NCBI GenBank assembly: GCA_963769025.1
Contig: CAVYKI010000003.1
Location: forward strand, 704,001-768,000
Length of the DNA stretch: 64,000 bases
Direction of reading: 5' to 3'
Origin: an uncultured Verrucomicrobiae bacterium
Lineage (GTDB): Bacteria > Verrucomicrobiota > Verrucomicrobiia > Chthoniobacterales > Chthoniobacteraceae
Shown here: positions 45,485 through 56,459 of the stretch, in pieces
Numbering within the stretch: the stretch's first letter is position 1
Layout: each line of letters begins with the position of its first letter
Made by a program: the position numbers and the translations under genes
The notes under the pieces: generated by a model
Database searches by the model: none
What the model was told of the DNA's origin: nothing
What the model saw: only the letters and a program-made list of their open reading frames with translations

Positions 45485-48265
45485 ATGATGCCCGCGACCC
45501 GGTTCCGACCCATCCGTCATTCCCTGTGGATTCTTGCTGCCGTGGCCTTCGCCATCGTGCCCTCCGGCTGCGACAGGGCACCTGCCCCCGGCGGCGCGAG
45601 CCAGTCATCGGCCGGCTACACGCTGGTCCACCAGTTGATGGCGCGAAATACCGACTTGGTCGACATGCAGGGCAGGGTCGTCCATCGCTGGAAAAGCGAG
45701 AATGGGCTGGCGGGTGGCGCCCGGATGCTGCCGAACGGCGACCTCATCCGTTCCGTGCGGTTGGACAACAACCCCTTCACCATGTCCGCGCCCGGGATCA
45801 CCGGGATGGTCGAGCGGATCGACTGGAATGGGAAACGGGTGTGGGCGTTCGTCCATGCCGAAAAAAGGAAGATCATCCATCACGACGTGGAAGTCCTCCC
45901 GAACGGGAACTTCCTGCTGATCGGTGCGGAGCTGAAAACGGAGGAGGAACTTCTCGCCGCCGGCCGGGACCCAGCCCGGATGCGCGGCGACATCTTGGCG
46001 ATCGACTATCTCATCGAGGTCGCCCCCACGGGAGGCTACGGGGGCAAGATCGTGTGGCAATGGAACGCATGGGATCACCTCGTCCAGGATCACGATCCCG
46101 CGAAGAAGAATCACGGCGTGGTTGCCGACCATCCGGAACGGATCGACCTGAACTACATCGAAACCCCGACGCCCCTGACCGGCTCGCGCCTGCAGGCCCT
46201 CCAGTCGGTCGGCTATGTCGCCGGCGGAAAGAAGAACGCGGCGGAAGAGCCGCAGTCACCCGATTGGACGCACGCGAACTCGGTCTCCTATAACGCCGAG
46301 CGTGATCAGATCATGCTCACCATGCGGAATCTCGGCGAGATCTGGGTCATCGATCACAGCACGTCTACCGCGGAAGCGGCGGGGAAATCCGGGGGTCGCT
46401 ACGGCCGCGGAGGAGACCTGCTTTACCGCTGGGGGAACCCGCAGGCCTACCAGCGCGGAAAACCCGCCGACCAGAAGCTCTTCGGGCCGCACGATGCGCA
46501 TTGGATTCCCGCCGGCCTTCCCGGGGCGGGCAATGTGCTCATTTTCAACAACGGCGAAGGCCGCAGGGATGGCGAACATTCGGCCATCGAGGAAATCCAG
46601 ATTCCGGCCGCAGGCGACGGGAAGTTCAAGATCGATGCCGGCAAGCCCTACGGTCCGGATGCACCCGTGTGGCGCTACGTTTCCAAACCGAAGACCGCGT
46701 TCTATTCCTCGTTCCTTTCAGGGGCGCACCGGCTTCCCAATGGCAACACGCTCATCTGCTCCGGCATGCAGCGCAATGTCTTCGAAGTGGATCCGGCGGG
46801 CAATACCGTCTGGAGCTACCGCGTCGAAACGGATGGAGACCCCGCGGCTCAAGATCCGTCCCACATGCCTCCACCGCCGGCAGGACCCGGGATGCCTGGA
46901 GCGCCGGGTGGGGGTGGAGGCCCGCCGCCACCGCCGCTCATCACGATACTGGACATCAATGGCGATCGCTCCATTGACGCCGCCGAGACTGCGCAGGCTT
47001 CCACGCGCTTGAAGATGCTCGATCGAAATGGCGACGGTGTCCTGTCGCTTGAGGAATGTCTTCCGGCACCGGGCGGGCCGGGAGGACTGCTGGGCGGTCT
47101 CTTCGGAGGGCCACCGGGAGGACCGGAAGGCCCGTCAGGAGGCGATTCCGGACGGCCTCCGTTGCCGCCGATTTTTACGGCGTTCGACAAAAATGGCGAC
47201 GGCAAGATCGACGCTGCCGAGATCACCCAGGCACCGGCGAGTATGGCGAAACTCGACCGCAACGCGGACGCGAAAATCAGTTTCGAGGAATGTCTGCCCA
47301 TGGGAGGCCCCGGCGGCCCGGGAGGGCCGGGAGGGCCGATGGCAGCGCCCGGCGGTCTGGCCGATCCGCTGGGAGCCGGCGCCCTTGGCGATCCTCTTGG
47401 AGCCGGTGGTCCGGCAGGGCCCGACAGCGGGCCACCGCCGCCGCCGCTCATCACGATTTTGGATATCAACCGCGACGGGTTCATCGACGCCGCCGAAATC
47501 ACCCAGGCCGCCACGCGCGTGAAGATGCTCGATCGGAATGGCGACGGAGTGCTGGAAATCGGGGAATGCCTCCCGGCACCGGGTGGGCCGGGTGGGCCCG
47601 GAGGACTTGGAGGTCCGCAAGGGGATGATTCCGGACGCCCGCCGTTGCCGCCGATTTTTACCACGCTGGACAAAAATGGCGACGGTAAGATCGACGCGAC
47701 GGAAATGCCCCAGTCACCTGCGGGCTTGGCGAAGCTCGACCGCAACGGTGACGGAAAGATCAGTCTCGATGAGTGCCTGCCCATGGGAGGTCCGGGTGGC
47801 CCGGGCAGTCCCGGCGGTCCGTCCGGGCCAGGCAGTTCGCCACCGCTTCCTCCGATCATCACCATTTTCGACCCGGATCGGGCTGGCACGATACCCACGA
47901 CATCCATCGCGCGCGCCGCGGAGCTCTTGCCGAAACTCGACCGCAATGGCGACGGCAAGCTCACCACGGACGAATACCTGCCCGGCACCGGAAACCGTGA
48001 CAACGGCTCCCGACCCATGCCTCCAATTGTCACCGCACTGGACGCGGATGGCGACGGCTCCATCGATGCGAAAGAGGTGGCCGGCGCTCCGGCTGCGCTG
48101 GCAAAGCTCGATGCGAATGCCGACGGAAAGCTCAGTCGCGACGAATACCTGCCGGGTGCCCCGGACGGCGCGGTAGGCGCGCTTCATGGCGGCCTGTTCC
48201 GTGCCCAGCGTTTTCCGACGGACCACCCCGCCTTCAAAGGACGCACCCTCACCCCGCTTCCCTAG
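45485..48265 (+). CDS. Arylsulfotransferase (ASST)-like lipoprotein with 12 EF-hand motifs and Gly/Pro linkers
   Basis: Lipobox-like IVPSGC. ASST-type motifs IIHHDVEVLPNGN, VWQWNAWDH, DWTHANSVSY, GDLLYRWGNPQAY, GPHDAHWI, SGAHRLPNGNTLI. DxNxDGxIxxxE loops at ~46950-48150. Confidence 0.85.
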   Translation: MMPATRFRPIRHSLWILAAVAFAIVPSGCDRAPAPGGASQSSAGYTLVHQLMARNTDLVDMQGRVVHRWKSENGLAGGARMLPNGDLIRSVRLDNNPFTMSAPGITGMVERIDWNGKRVWAFVHAEKRKIIHHDVEVLPNGNFLLIGAELKTEEELLAAGRDPARMRGDILAIDYLIEVAPTGGYGGKIVWQWNAWDHLVQDHDPAKKNHGVVADHPERIDLNYIETPTPLTGSRLQALQSVGYVAGGKKNAAEEPQSPDWTHANSVSYNAERDQIMLTMRNLGEIWVIDHSTSTAEAAGKSGGRYGRGGDLLYRWGNPQAYQRGKPADQKLFGPHDAHWIPAGLPGAGNVLIFNNGEGRRDGEHSAIEEIQIPAAGDGKFKIDAGKPYGPDAPVWRYVSKPKTAFYSSFLSGAHRLPNGNTLICSGMQRNVFEVDPAGNTVWSYRVETDGDPAAQDPSHMPPPPAGPGMPGAPGGGGGPPPPPLITILDINGDRSIDAAETAQASTRLKMLDRNGDGVLSLEECLPAPGGPGGLLGGLFGGPPGGPEGPSGGDSGRPPLPPIFTAFDKNGDGKIDAAEITQAPASMAKLDRNADAKISFEECLPMGGPGGPGGPGGPMAAPGGLADPLGAGALGDPLGAGGPAGPDSGPPPPPLITILDINRDGFIDAAEITQAATRVKMLDRNGDGVLEIGECLPAPGGPGGPGGLGGPQGDDSGRPPLPPIFTTLDKNGDGKIDATEMPQSPAGLAKLDRNGDGKISLDECLPMGGPGGPGSPGGPSGPGSSPPLPPIITIFDPDRAGTIPTTSIARAAELLPKLDRNGDGKLTTDEYLPGTGNRDNGSRPMPPIVTALDADGDGSIDAKEVAGAPAALAKLDANADGKLSRDEYLPGAPDGAVGALHGGLFRAQRFPTDHPAFKGRTLTPLP
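46922..47830 (+). repeat. Tandem ~510-nt duplication of a four-EF-hand block
   Basis: PPPPPLITILDIN...KMLDRNGDGVL...ECLPAPGG...SGRPPLPPIF...DKNGDGKIDA...AKLDRN...ECLPMGGPGG starts at both ~46922 and ~47432. Confidence 0.85.
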
Positions 48266-48390
48266 CGCCGGTGGCGACGCTCGCTCTGCCGCGCTTGGCG
48301 AAAGTGTTCCAGAGGCGCCCCGCTTGGTGACACCGTTCGCTGCTCCCCACGTCCAGATTCTCCGTTGTCCCTCTGAAAATTCCCGCGGAG

Positions 48391-48466
48391 TGGTGGATCG
48401 TGTCGGACTCGAACCGACAACCTAGTGATTAAGAGTCACTTGCTCTACCGATTGAGCTAACGATCC
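48391..48466 (-). tRNA. tRNA-Lys (anticodon CTT)
   Basis: GGATCGTTAGCTCAATCGGTAGAGCA-AGTGA-CTCTTAA-TCACT-AGGTTGTCGGTTCGAGTCCGACACGATCCACCA: 76 nt cloverleaf with encoded CCA. Confidence 0.96.
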
Positions 48467-48554
48467 TTGGTGAACGAGGGCCGGGAAGTTATGCGTCCAC
48501 GGCGGCGGCTCAAGTTCTTTTTTCCGCGGATGAAAATGAGGAGCGATTTTTTCC

Positions 48555-50792
48555 TCAGAGCAGATGCTGCGCGTCCACGTCCACGGTGACGAAGACGTCC
48601 TCGGGGAACGTGAGCTTGTCGAGGACGTCGCGGAGGGCGCGGCTGAGTTTCAGGATGGCGCGCGTGCGCAGCATGAGGTGGAAGCGGTAGTTGCCGTGCG
48701 ATTTTTCCAGCGGCGCCGGCGCGGGCTCGCCGAGCGTCGTGCCGGGCGGGAGCGTCGTCCTTGAGCCGGCGGTGCAGCGTCTCGGTGGAAAATCGCGCGC
48801 GCTCCTGATGCGGCGAGCGCACGGTGATGAGGACGAAATGCGTGAACGGCGGGTAGTTCCACTGTCGCCGGAACTCGATCTCCTGCTCCCAGAAGCCCTC
48901 GAAGTCGTGATGCCGCGCGAACTGGATCGCGGGGTGAAACGGCGTGAAGCTCTGCACGAAGACCTCGCCCTCGACATCGCCGCGGCCCGCGCGCCCGGCG
49001 ACCTGCGTGAGGAGCTGGAAGGTGCGCTCGCCCGCGCGGAAATCCGGCAGGTGCAGCCCGAGGTCGGCGTTGACGATGCCGACGAGCGTGACGTTGGGAA
49101 AGTGCAGCCCTTTCGCGATCATCTGCGTGCCGACGAGGATGTCGATCTTGCCGGTGCGAAAGGCGCCGAGCGTGTCGCGGTAGGCGTTCGCGCCGCTGCA
49201 TCACGTCGGCGTCCATGCGCTTCACGACGGCCTTCGGGAAAAATTTCGCCACGGCGTCCTCGACCTTCTCGTGCCGGTGCCGGTGTATTTGATGCCGGGA
49301 TCCTTGCACTCGGGGCACTTCGTCGGCGCGACGGCGTGGTGGCCGCAGATGTGGCAGACGACGCGGCTCGCCGCGCGGTGAAAGGTGAGCGCGACGGAGC
49401 AGTTCGGGCATTCGCAGACGTAGCCGCACTTTCGCGCAGATGCAGCGAGGTGCGAGAAGCCGCGGCGGTTGAGGAAAAGGATCGTCTGCTCCTTTTTCTC
49501 GAGCCGCGTCGTTGATCGCGGTGATGAGCCGCTCGCTGAGGATCGGCGCCGATTTTTTTGCGACTCCATCCGCATGTCCACGATGCGGATGAACGGCATC
49601 TTCTTGTCGTCCACGCGCAGCGTCAGGCGGAGCAGTTCGTACTTGCCGGCTGACGGCGTTGTGGTAGCTCTCCAGCGAAGGCGTGGCGCTGCCGAGCAGC
49701 ACCGCGCATTTCTCCATGTGGCCGCGGAGCACGGCGAGGTCGCGCCCGTGGTAGCGCGGCGTCTCCTCCTGCTTGTAGGTGTTCTCGTGCTCCTCATCGA
49801 CGACGATGAGGCCGAGCTTTGCGCACGGCGCAAAGATCGCCGAGCGCGCACCGATGACGATGCGCGCGCGGCCGCTGCGGATCTTGTGCCATTCGTCGTG
49901 GCGCTCGCCTTCGCTGAGGTGCAGTGCAGCACGGCGACCTCGTGCTGCGTCGCGGCGAAGCGCGACTTGAAACGCTCGACGGTCTGCGGCGTGAGCGAGA
50001 TTTCCGGCACGAGCATGATCGCGCGTCTGCGCCGCGCTCGAGCACGAGCTGGATCGCCTGGAGATAAATCTCCGTCTTGCCGCTGCCGGTCACGCCGTGG
50101 AGCAGCAGCGGCTTCGGCGCGGGGTCGGAGCCGTTCGCCGCGATTGCGGATTGCACACGCGCGAAGACGACGGCCTGCTCCGCGTTCAGTTCGAGCTTCG
50201 CGTTCGGGACGAAGGTTTCCGTGCCATGCGGATCGCGCTCCACCGTCTCCGGTTCGACGGTGAGGATGCCCTTTTTTGCGAGCGCCTTGATCGTCTGCGG
50301 CGCGACGGAACACTGCTCCGACAGAGCGGCGACGGCGATCGGACCTTGCGCCGCGCGCAGCGCGGCGACGACCTCCGCCTGATTCGGCGCGCGTTTGCGG
50401 ATCGTTTCGATTTCCTCATCGGAAACCTCGCGAGCGAGCCGAGCGACGAGCCGCTTCTTGTGCTGGATTTCCGCCTTGCGAATCACGCTGGGGAGCACGG
50501 TTCTCAGCGCGGCCTCCAGCGGGCAGCAGTAGTAGTTTGCCACCCATTCAGCGAGGCGGATGAGCTGCGGACTGAGCGCAGGCTCGTCGCTCACGAGCTC
50601 GGAAATCAGCCGCACTCCATCGGCCCCGGTCGTGTCCGAAATCCCGACGATCGTGCCGAGCATCACCCGCGTGCGCACCGGGACGCGCACGCGGCAGCCG
50701 ACGCCGGCCGTGTCCGCCATCGCCGCCGGGATTTCGTAGTCGAACGCACGCCCGCCGGAGTCATCGACGAGGACGAGGGCGTATTTGGGCAT
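48555..50792 (-). CDS. priA: Primosomal protein N' (replication restart helicase), several frameshifts
   Basis: [49 protein letters not shown], CxxC zinc pairs, [24 protein letters not shown], distributed over overlapping ORFs. Confidence 0.93.
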
Positions 50793-50927
50793 GACGTGAG
50801 AATGCAGACCGAGGCGGCTTTGTCCAAGGCGGAGCAAGCAACGCTTGCGCGCAGTGCCCACTGCCCGGCTGCAAAACCCGGCGCATAATTCTGGCATTCC
50901 GCGCCGACGCGCCTCTAATCGCCGACC

Positions 50928-51515
50928 GTGAAACGAAACATCCGGCGCATCCTCGTCGCGGTCGTGTGCGCCGTGAACATCGCGCTCGCCGTGGTGCTCT
51001 GGCGTTCCGGCGATCCGGCGTACCGGCTGCAGGAGCTTCTGGCGCTCGGGCGATTTTCCGAGCACGACGACCTCATCGCCCGCGCAGCGAAAAGGCACGG
51101 CGTGGACCCTCTGCTCGTGAAGGCCGTCGTCTGGCGGGAGAGCCGGTTTCACCCTTCGCAAGTCGGTGGTGCCGGCGAGCGCGGGCTCATGCAGGTCGGC
51201 GAGGCTGCGGCGCGCGACTGGGCCGCGGCACGCAAGATCGAGGTCTTTGTCTATGCGGATCTTTTTGACGCCAAGACGAACCTCGAAGCCGGCACGTGGT
51301 ATCTCGGCCGCGCGCTGGAGCGGTGGAAGGATCGCGACGACCCGGTTCCGTATGCGCTCGCGGAATACAATGCCGGACGTTCCCGCGTGGAGAAATGGGC
51401 GGCGAATGCGGACTCCGCGGGCGAGATGTTGCGCGAGGCGTCGGGGACCACCACACGCCAGTACGTGGACGATGTGATCCGCCGCTATCAGCGCTATCTC
51501 GCGCAGGCCCGGTGA
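50928..51515 (+). CDS. Lytic transglycosylase (SLT domain)
   Basis: N-terminal TM helix, AVVWRESRF, GLMQV, NLEAGTWYL, ALAEYNAG. GTG start. Confidence 0.88.
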   Translation: MKRNIRRILVAVVCAVNIALAVVLWRSGDPAYRLQELLALGRFSEHDDLIARAAKRHGVDPLLVKAVVWRESRFHPSQVGGAGERGLMQVGEAAARDWAAARKIEVFVYADLFDAKTNLEAGTWYLGRALERWKDRDDPVPYALAEYNAGRSRVEKWAANADSAGEMLREASGTTTRQYVDDVIRRYQRYLAQAR

Positions 51516-51530
51516 GCTAGATTCGTGGCG

Positions 51531-53138
51531 ATGGCCGCTCCCCGCGAACCCACGGATCTAAAGGCGAAACTTGGCGATGTGCCGCACAAGCCGGGCGTGT
51601 ATTTGCACCGCGACCGATTTGGCCGCGTGATCTACGTCGGCAAGGCGCGGGATCTCCGCAAACGCCTGAGCCACTACTTTGCGCCCTCGCGGCTCATGCG
51701 CGCGGATCCGAAGGTGCGGGCGCTGATCGAGGCGATCCATGACTTCGACTGGCACGTCGCGGGCAGCGAACCGGAGGCGCTGCTGCTCGAGGGCAAGCTG
51801 ATCAAGGAATACCGGCCGCGCTACAACGTGAGCTTCCGCGACGACAAGCGCTTCCTGCTCGTGAAGGTGGACGTGAACGAGGAGTGGCCGCGCTTCCGGC
51901 TGACGCGCGTGAAGAATCCCGACGACGGCGCGCGGTATTTCGGGCCGTTCGCCCATTCGGGCGCGCTGCGGCAGACGCTCACCTTCATGCGGAAAAGATT
52001 TGGCGTGCTGACCTTCGGGCGCGGCTCGCCCACCGAGCGCGAGCGCAAGTCGAGCACCTACCAGGTGCCTATGAAGCTCGCGGAGACGACGCCGGAGCAG
52101 TACGCGGAGCGCGTCGCGCTGGCGTGCCAGTTCATGGAGGGCCAGTCAAAGGAACTGCTCACGGGACTCGAAGACGAAATGCGCGCGGCAGCGGCGAAGC
52201 TCGATTTCGAACGCGCCGCGGAGCTGCGCAACATGCTCGACGATCTGCGCAAGACCACGAAGCCCATGACGCGCTACACGACGACGATGCGCCACCGGCT
52301 GAAGCTGCCGGGCGCCATCGCCCCCGCCGCGGATCTCGCGGAACTCGGCGAGGCGCTCGGCCTCGCGGGGCCGCCGCGGCGCATGGAGTGCTTCGACATT
52401 TCCAACATCAGCACCACGCACATCGTCGCGAGCATGGTGTGTTTCATCGACGGTCGTCCCACGACCCACCTCTACCGGCGCTACCGAATCAAAACGGTCG
52501 AGGGCCGGCAGGATGATTTTGCGAGCATGGCTGAGGTCGTGCGGCGCCGTTACACGCGGGCGCTGCGGGAGATTTCGGAGACCGGCACGCAGGGAGCGGA
52601 GACGGAAAGCGGAGTCGTGCAGGAAGTCGTGGACTACTCGTATTCGCAGGAGGCGAATGTGGAGATCGCGCGGCGCTTCGCGAAGCCCGGCGAAGTCGGG
52701 ACGCTCCCGGATTTGATCATCGTGGACGGCGGCAAGGGGCAGCTCAGCTCAGCATGCGCGGAATTACAGCAGCTCAGGCTTTCCGACGTCCCGATCATCG
52801 GGCTCGCGAAGGAGTTTGAGGAAATTTACCGGCCGGGCGTTTCGCTGCCGCTGCATCTGCCGCCCGATAGCGGCGCGCTGAAGCTGCTCCAGCGCATCCG
52901 CGACGAGGCGCACCGCTGGGCGAACGGCTACCACCAGTTGTTGATGAAGCGGCGCATCGCCGAGAGCATCCTCGACGACTGCCCCGGCGTGAGTGATTCG
53001 CGCAAGCAGGCGCTGCTGCGGAAATTTGGGAGCGTCGCGCGGATCCGGCGCGCGGGCGCGGAGGAAATCGCGAAGGTCCCGGGGATCGGCGCGCGGCTGG
53101 CGGAGACGATCGTGCAGTTTTTGAAGGAGCGAGGCTAA
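51531..53138 (+). CDS. uvrC: Excinuclease ABC subunit C
   Basis: GIY-YIG domain (PGVYL..IYVGKARDLRKR, EALLLE), UVR domain (LDFERAAELRN), RNase H-like domain (ECFDISN, DDFASM, DLIIVDGGKGQL, RDEAHR) and HhH. Confidence 0.95.
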   Translation: MAAPREPTDLKAKLGDVPHKPGVYLHRDRFGRVIYVGKARDLRKRLSHYFAPSRLMRADPKVRALIEAIHDFDWHVAGSEPEALLLEGKLIKEYRPRYNVSFRDDKRFLLVKVDVNEEWPRFRLTRVKNPDDGARYFGPFAHSGALRQTLTFMRKRFGVLTFGRGSPTERERKSSTYQVPMKLAETTPEQYAERVALACQFMEGQSKELLTGLEDEMRAAAAKLDFERAAELRNMLDDLRKTTKPMTRYTTTMRHRLKLPGAIAPAADLAELGEALGLAGPPRRMECFDISNISTTHIVASMVCFIDGRPTTHLYRRYRIKTVEGRQDDFASMAEVVRRRYTRALREISETGTQGAETESGVVQEVVDYSYSQEANVEIARRFAKPGEVGTLPDLIIVDGGKGQLSSACAELQQLRLSDVPIIGLAKEFEEIYRPGVSLPLHLPPDSGALKLLQRIRDEAHRWANGYHQLLMKRRIAESILDDCPGVSDSRKQALLRKFGSVARIRRAGAEEIAKVPGIGARLAETIVQFLKERG

Positions 53139-53150
53139 ATTTCGCGCGCA

Positions 53151-53603
53151 ATGAGAGCCGTGATCCAGCGTGTCCGTTCCGCCTCGGTAAAAATCGCCGG
53201 CGAGGAGGTCGGCGCAATCGGGCGCGGGTTGCTGGTGCTGCTCGGAATCGAGGAGACGGATGCCGCCGCGGACATCGGGTGGCTGGCGGGAAAAGTGGCG
53301 GGGCTGCGGCTGTTCTCGGATGCCGGGGATGCATGGAACCGCAGCGTCGCGGAGGATGGAGGCGAGGTGCTCGTGGTGAGCCAGTTCACGCTTTTCGCGA
53401 GCACGAAAAAGGGGACGAAACCGAGCTGGCACCGCGCCGCAAGGCCGGAGGTGGCGGAGCCGCTGTGCGAGGCGTTTGTCCGGCAGCTCGGCACGCTGCT
53501 GCCGGGGCGGGTGAAGGCCGGGAAATTCGGCGCGATGATGGCGGTGTCGCTGGAGAACGACGGCCCGGTGACGCTGTGGCTGGACACGCGCCAGCGCGAA
53601 TAG
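53151..53603 (+). CDS. dtd: D-aminoacyl-tRNA deacylase
   Basis: MRAVIQRV, VVSQFTL, GKFGAMMAVSLENDGPVT. Confidence 0.95.
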   Translation: MRAVIQRVRSASVKIAGEEVGAIGRGLLVLLGIEETDAAADIGWLAGKVAGLRLFSDAGDAWNRSVAEDGGEVLVVSQFTLFASTKKGTKPSWHRAARPEVAEPLCEAFVRQLGTLLPGRVKAGKFGAMMAVSLENDGPVTLWLDTRQRE

Positions 53604-53642
53604 CGCGACCTTCAGTCCGTCGCTCCGCCTCCGAACGCTGAT

Positions 53643-54526
<884 letters not shown>

Positions 54527-56021
54527 TTAGAGGACGTAGCCCTCTTCCCGTGGTCGGTGAGGTCGAGGCCGGCGGTCTCTTCCTCCGGCGTCGGACGCAG
54601 GCCGATGACCGCTTTCACGATGAAGGCGATGACCGCGGTGGCCACGACGCTGAGCACGATGGTGACGGCGATGGCCTTGAACTGCTCCATCATCAGGCCT
54701 GCCTTGAGGCCGCCGACCACGCTGTTCGCCTTTTCGTCGGCGAGGACGCCGGTGAGGATGGCACCGAGGGTGCCGCCGACGCCGTGGACGCCGAAGGTGT
54801 CGAGCGCGTCGTCGTAGCCGAGCATGTTCTTCAGGAAGACCACGGCGAAGTACGGGATGATGCCGGCGAGCGACGCCGATGATCATCGCGCCGTTGGCGT
54901 TGACGAAACCGCACGCCGGCGTGATCACGACGAGACCGGCGACGATGCCCGAGCAGAAGCCGAGGACGCTAGGGTGGCCGCGGTGCATCCATTCCAGCGA
55001 CGCGCCCAGACGAAGCCGGCGGTGCGCCGCGGCGAGCGTGGTGGTGGTGAAGGCGTTCGAGGCGATGGCGTCGGCGCCGAGCGCGGAGCCGGCATTGAAG
55101 CCGTACCAGCCGACCCAGAGCATGCCGGTGCCGACCATACAAAGCACCATGCTGTGCGGGGCCATCTTCTCTTTGCCGAAGCCGAGGCGCTTGCCGAGGA
55201 TGATGCAGAGCACCAGCGCGCTCCAGCCGGAGGTCATGTGCACGACGGTGCCGCCGGCGAAGTCGATCGCCTTGATGCGCGGCGTCCGGATTCAGCGGGC
55301 CGCACATGAAGCCGGTGGTGCCCCACACCATGTGGGCGAGCGGGAAGTAAACGACGAACATCCAGAGGGCGACGAAGAGCAGGACGGCGGAGAATTTCAT
55401 GCGCTCGGCGATGGCACCGACGATGAGCGCCGGGGTGATGATCGCGAAGGTGAGCTGGAACATGGCCCAGATGGAATCGCTGATCCAGTGGTAGCCCGCG
55501 CCGACATTGCCGGGCTCGACGCCCTTGAAGAATGCGTAGGCTGAAGTCACCGATGAAGGCGTTGCCCGCGCCGAAAGCTCAGGCTGTAGCCGCACGACCC
55601 ACCAGAGGATGGTGACCAGGCCGGCGATGCCCAGGCACTGCGCGAGCACGGAGAGGACGTTCTTCCTCCGCACCAGGCCGCCGTAGAACAGCGCGAGGCC
55701 GGGCAGCGTCATGAAGAGCACCAGCGCGGTGCTGGTCATCTGCCAGGCATTGTGACCGGGGCCGGGGCCGGCGACCTTGGAAGCCACGCCTTCCTCCTTC
55801 TTGGACCGCTCGCCATTGTTCATGTAGGCCTCGATGTCCGCCAGGCGCTGCTCGATGGTCGGGTCCTTTTTGGGTTCCTCGGGCTTCGCAGCCTCCTCCT
55901 TCTTTTCAACGACGGGTGCTGCAGGTGCAGGGTCCTGCGCTCGCAGGTTCGGTGCTCCGAGCGTCCCGAGCGCGACGGCGGCCGCGATGGCGAGACTGGA
56001 GATGATTTTGGTCAATTTCAT
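54527..56021 (-). CDS. amt: Ammonium transporter, frameshifted
   Basis: NAWQMTSTALVLFMTLPGLALFYGG, FQLTFAIITPALIVGAIAER, HMTSG, WVGWYGFNAGS, YDDALDTFGVHGVGG, GLDLTDHG. N-terminal signal peptide and extension. Confidence 0.93.
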
Positions 56022-56141
56022 TCGAGTGTTTGGGATGTTGTTGGTTTGTTGATGCCTCACTCCCCTCCCCCGCTGTCGAAAAGCGCCCATGGGGCTGGCG
56101 CTCGCGCGATTTCCGGGTAAGTCAGTTGGCAGCGCCCCGTT

Positions 56142-56158
56142 AGCAACGCCTGTGCCAA
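56142..56158 (-). promoter_or_regulatory. Sigma54 (-24/-12) promoter of amt-P-II
   Basis: Minus strand TTGGCACAGGCGTTGCT matches the TGGCAC-N5-TTGC consensus, about 120 nt upstream of amt. Confidence 0.8.
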
Positions 56159-56459
56159 CGCCTGCCACGGCCCCGCTCCATCAGAGGAAAAAAGTTCCAG
56201 AGCCCCACATTTCGCGCATTTTCTGCGTGGCTAGAAACGTCCATCCCTGTCCCGTTTGTGCAAAAAACGACAGGGGCGCCCAATCAGCTCAAGCCGGAGT
56301 CTCCGCCTTCACGCACCGCCTTTTAGAAGCCCTCACCTTCCACCGCAGTGGTCGCACTGCCGACCACGCGTGGACGCGCCTCCCCACAAACGGCACCGTG
56401 ATATTCACGAAACGTTCGCGCCCCCCCGGGCGCTTCGCTCCGCACGCCGCAATTCCCGC

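Noticed and set aside
48266..48466. Integrative element at tRNA-Lys
   Set aside because: No integrase, and no second copy of the tRNA 3' end found by eye in the window.
56200..56290. NtrC-binding boxes upstream of the sigma54 promoter
   Set aside because: Only partial TGCAC/GCGCA half-sites, with no convincing TGCAC-N7-GTGCA palindrome.
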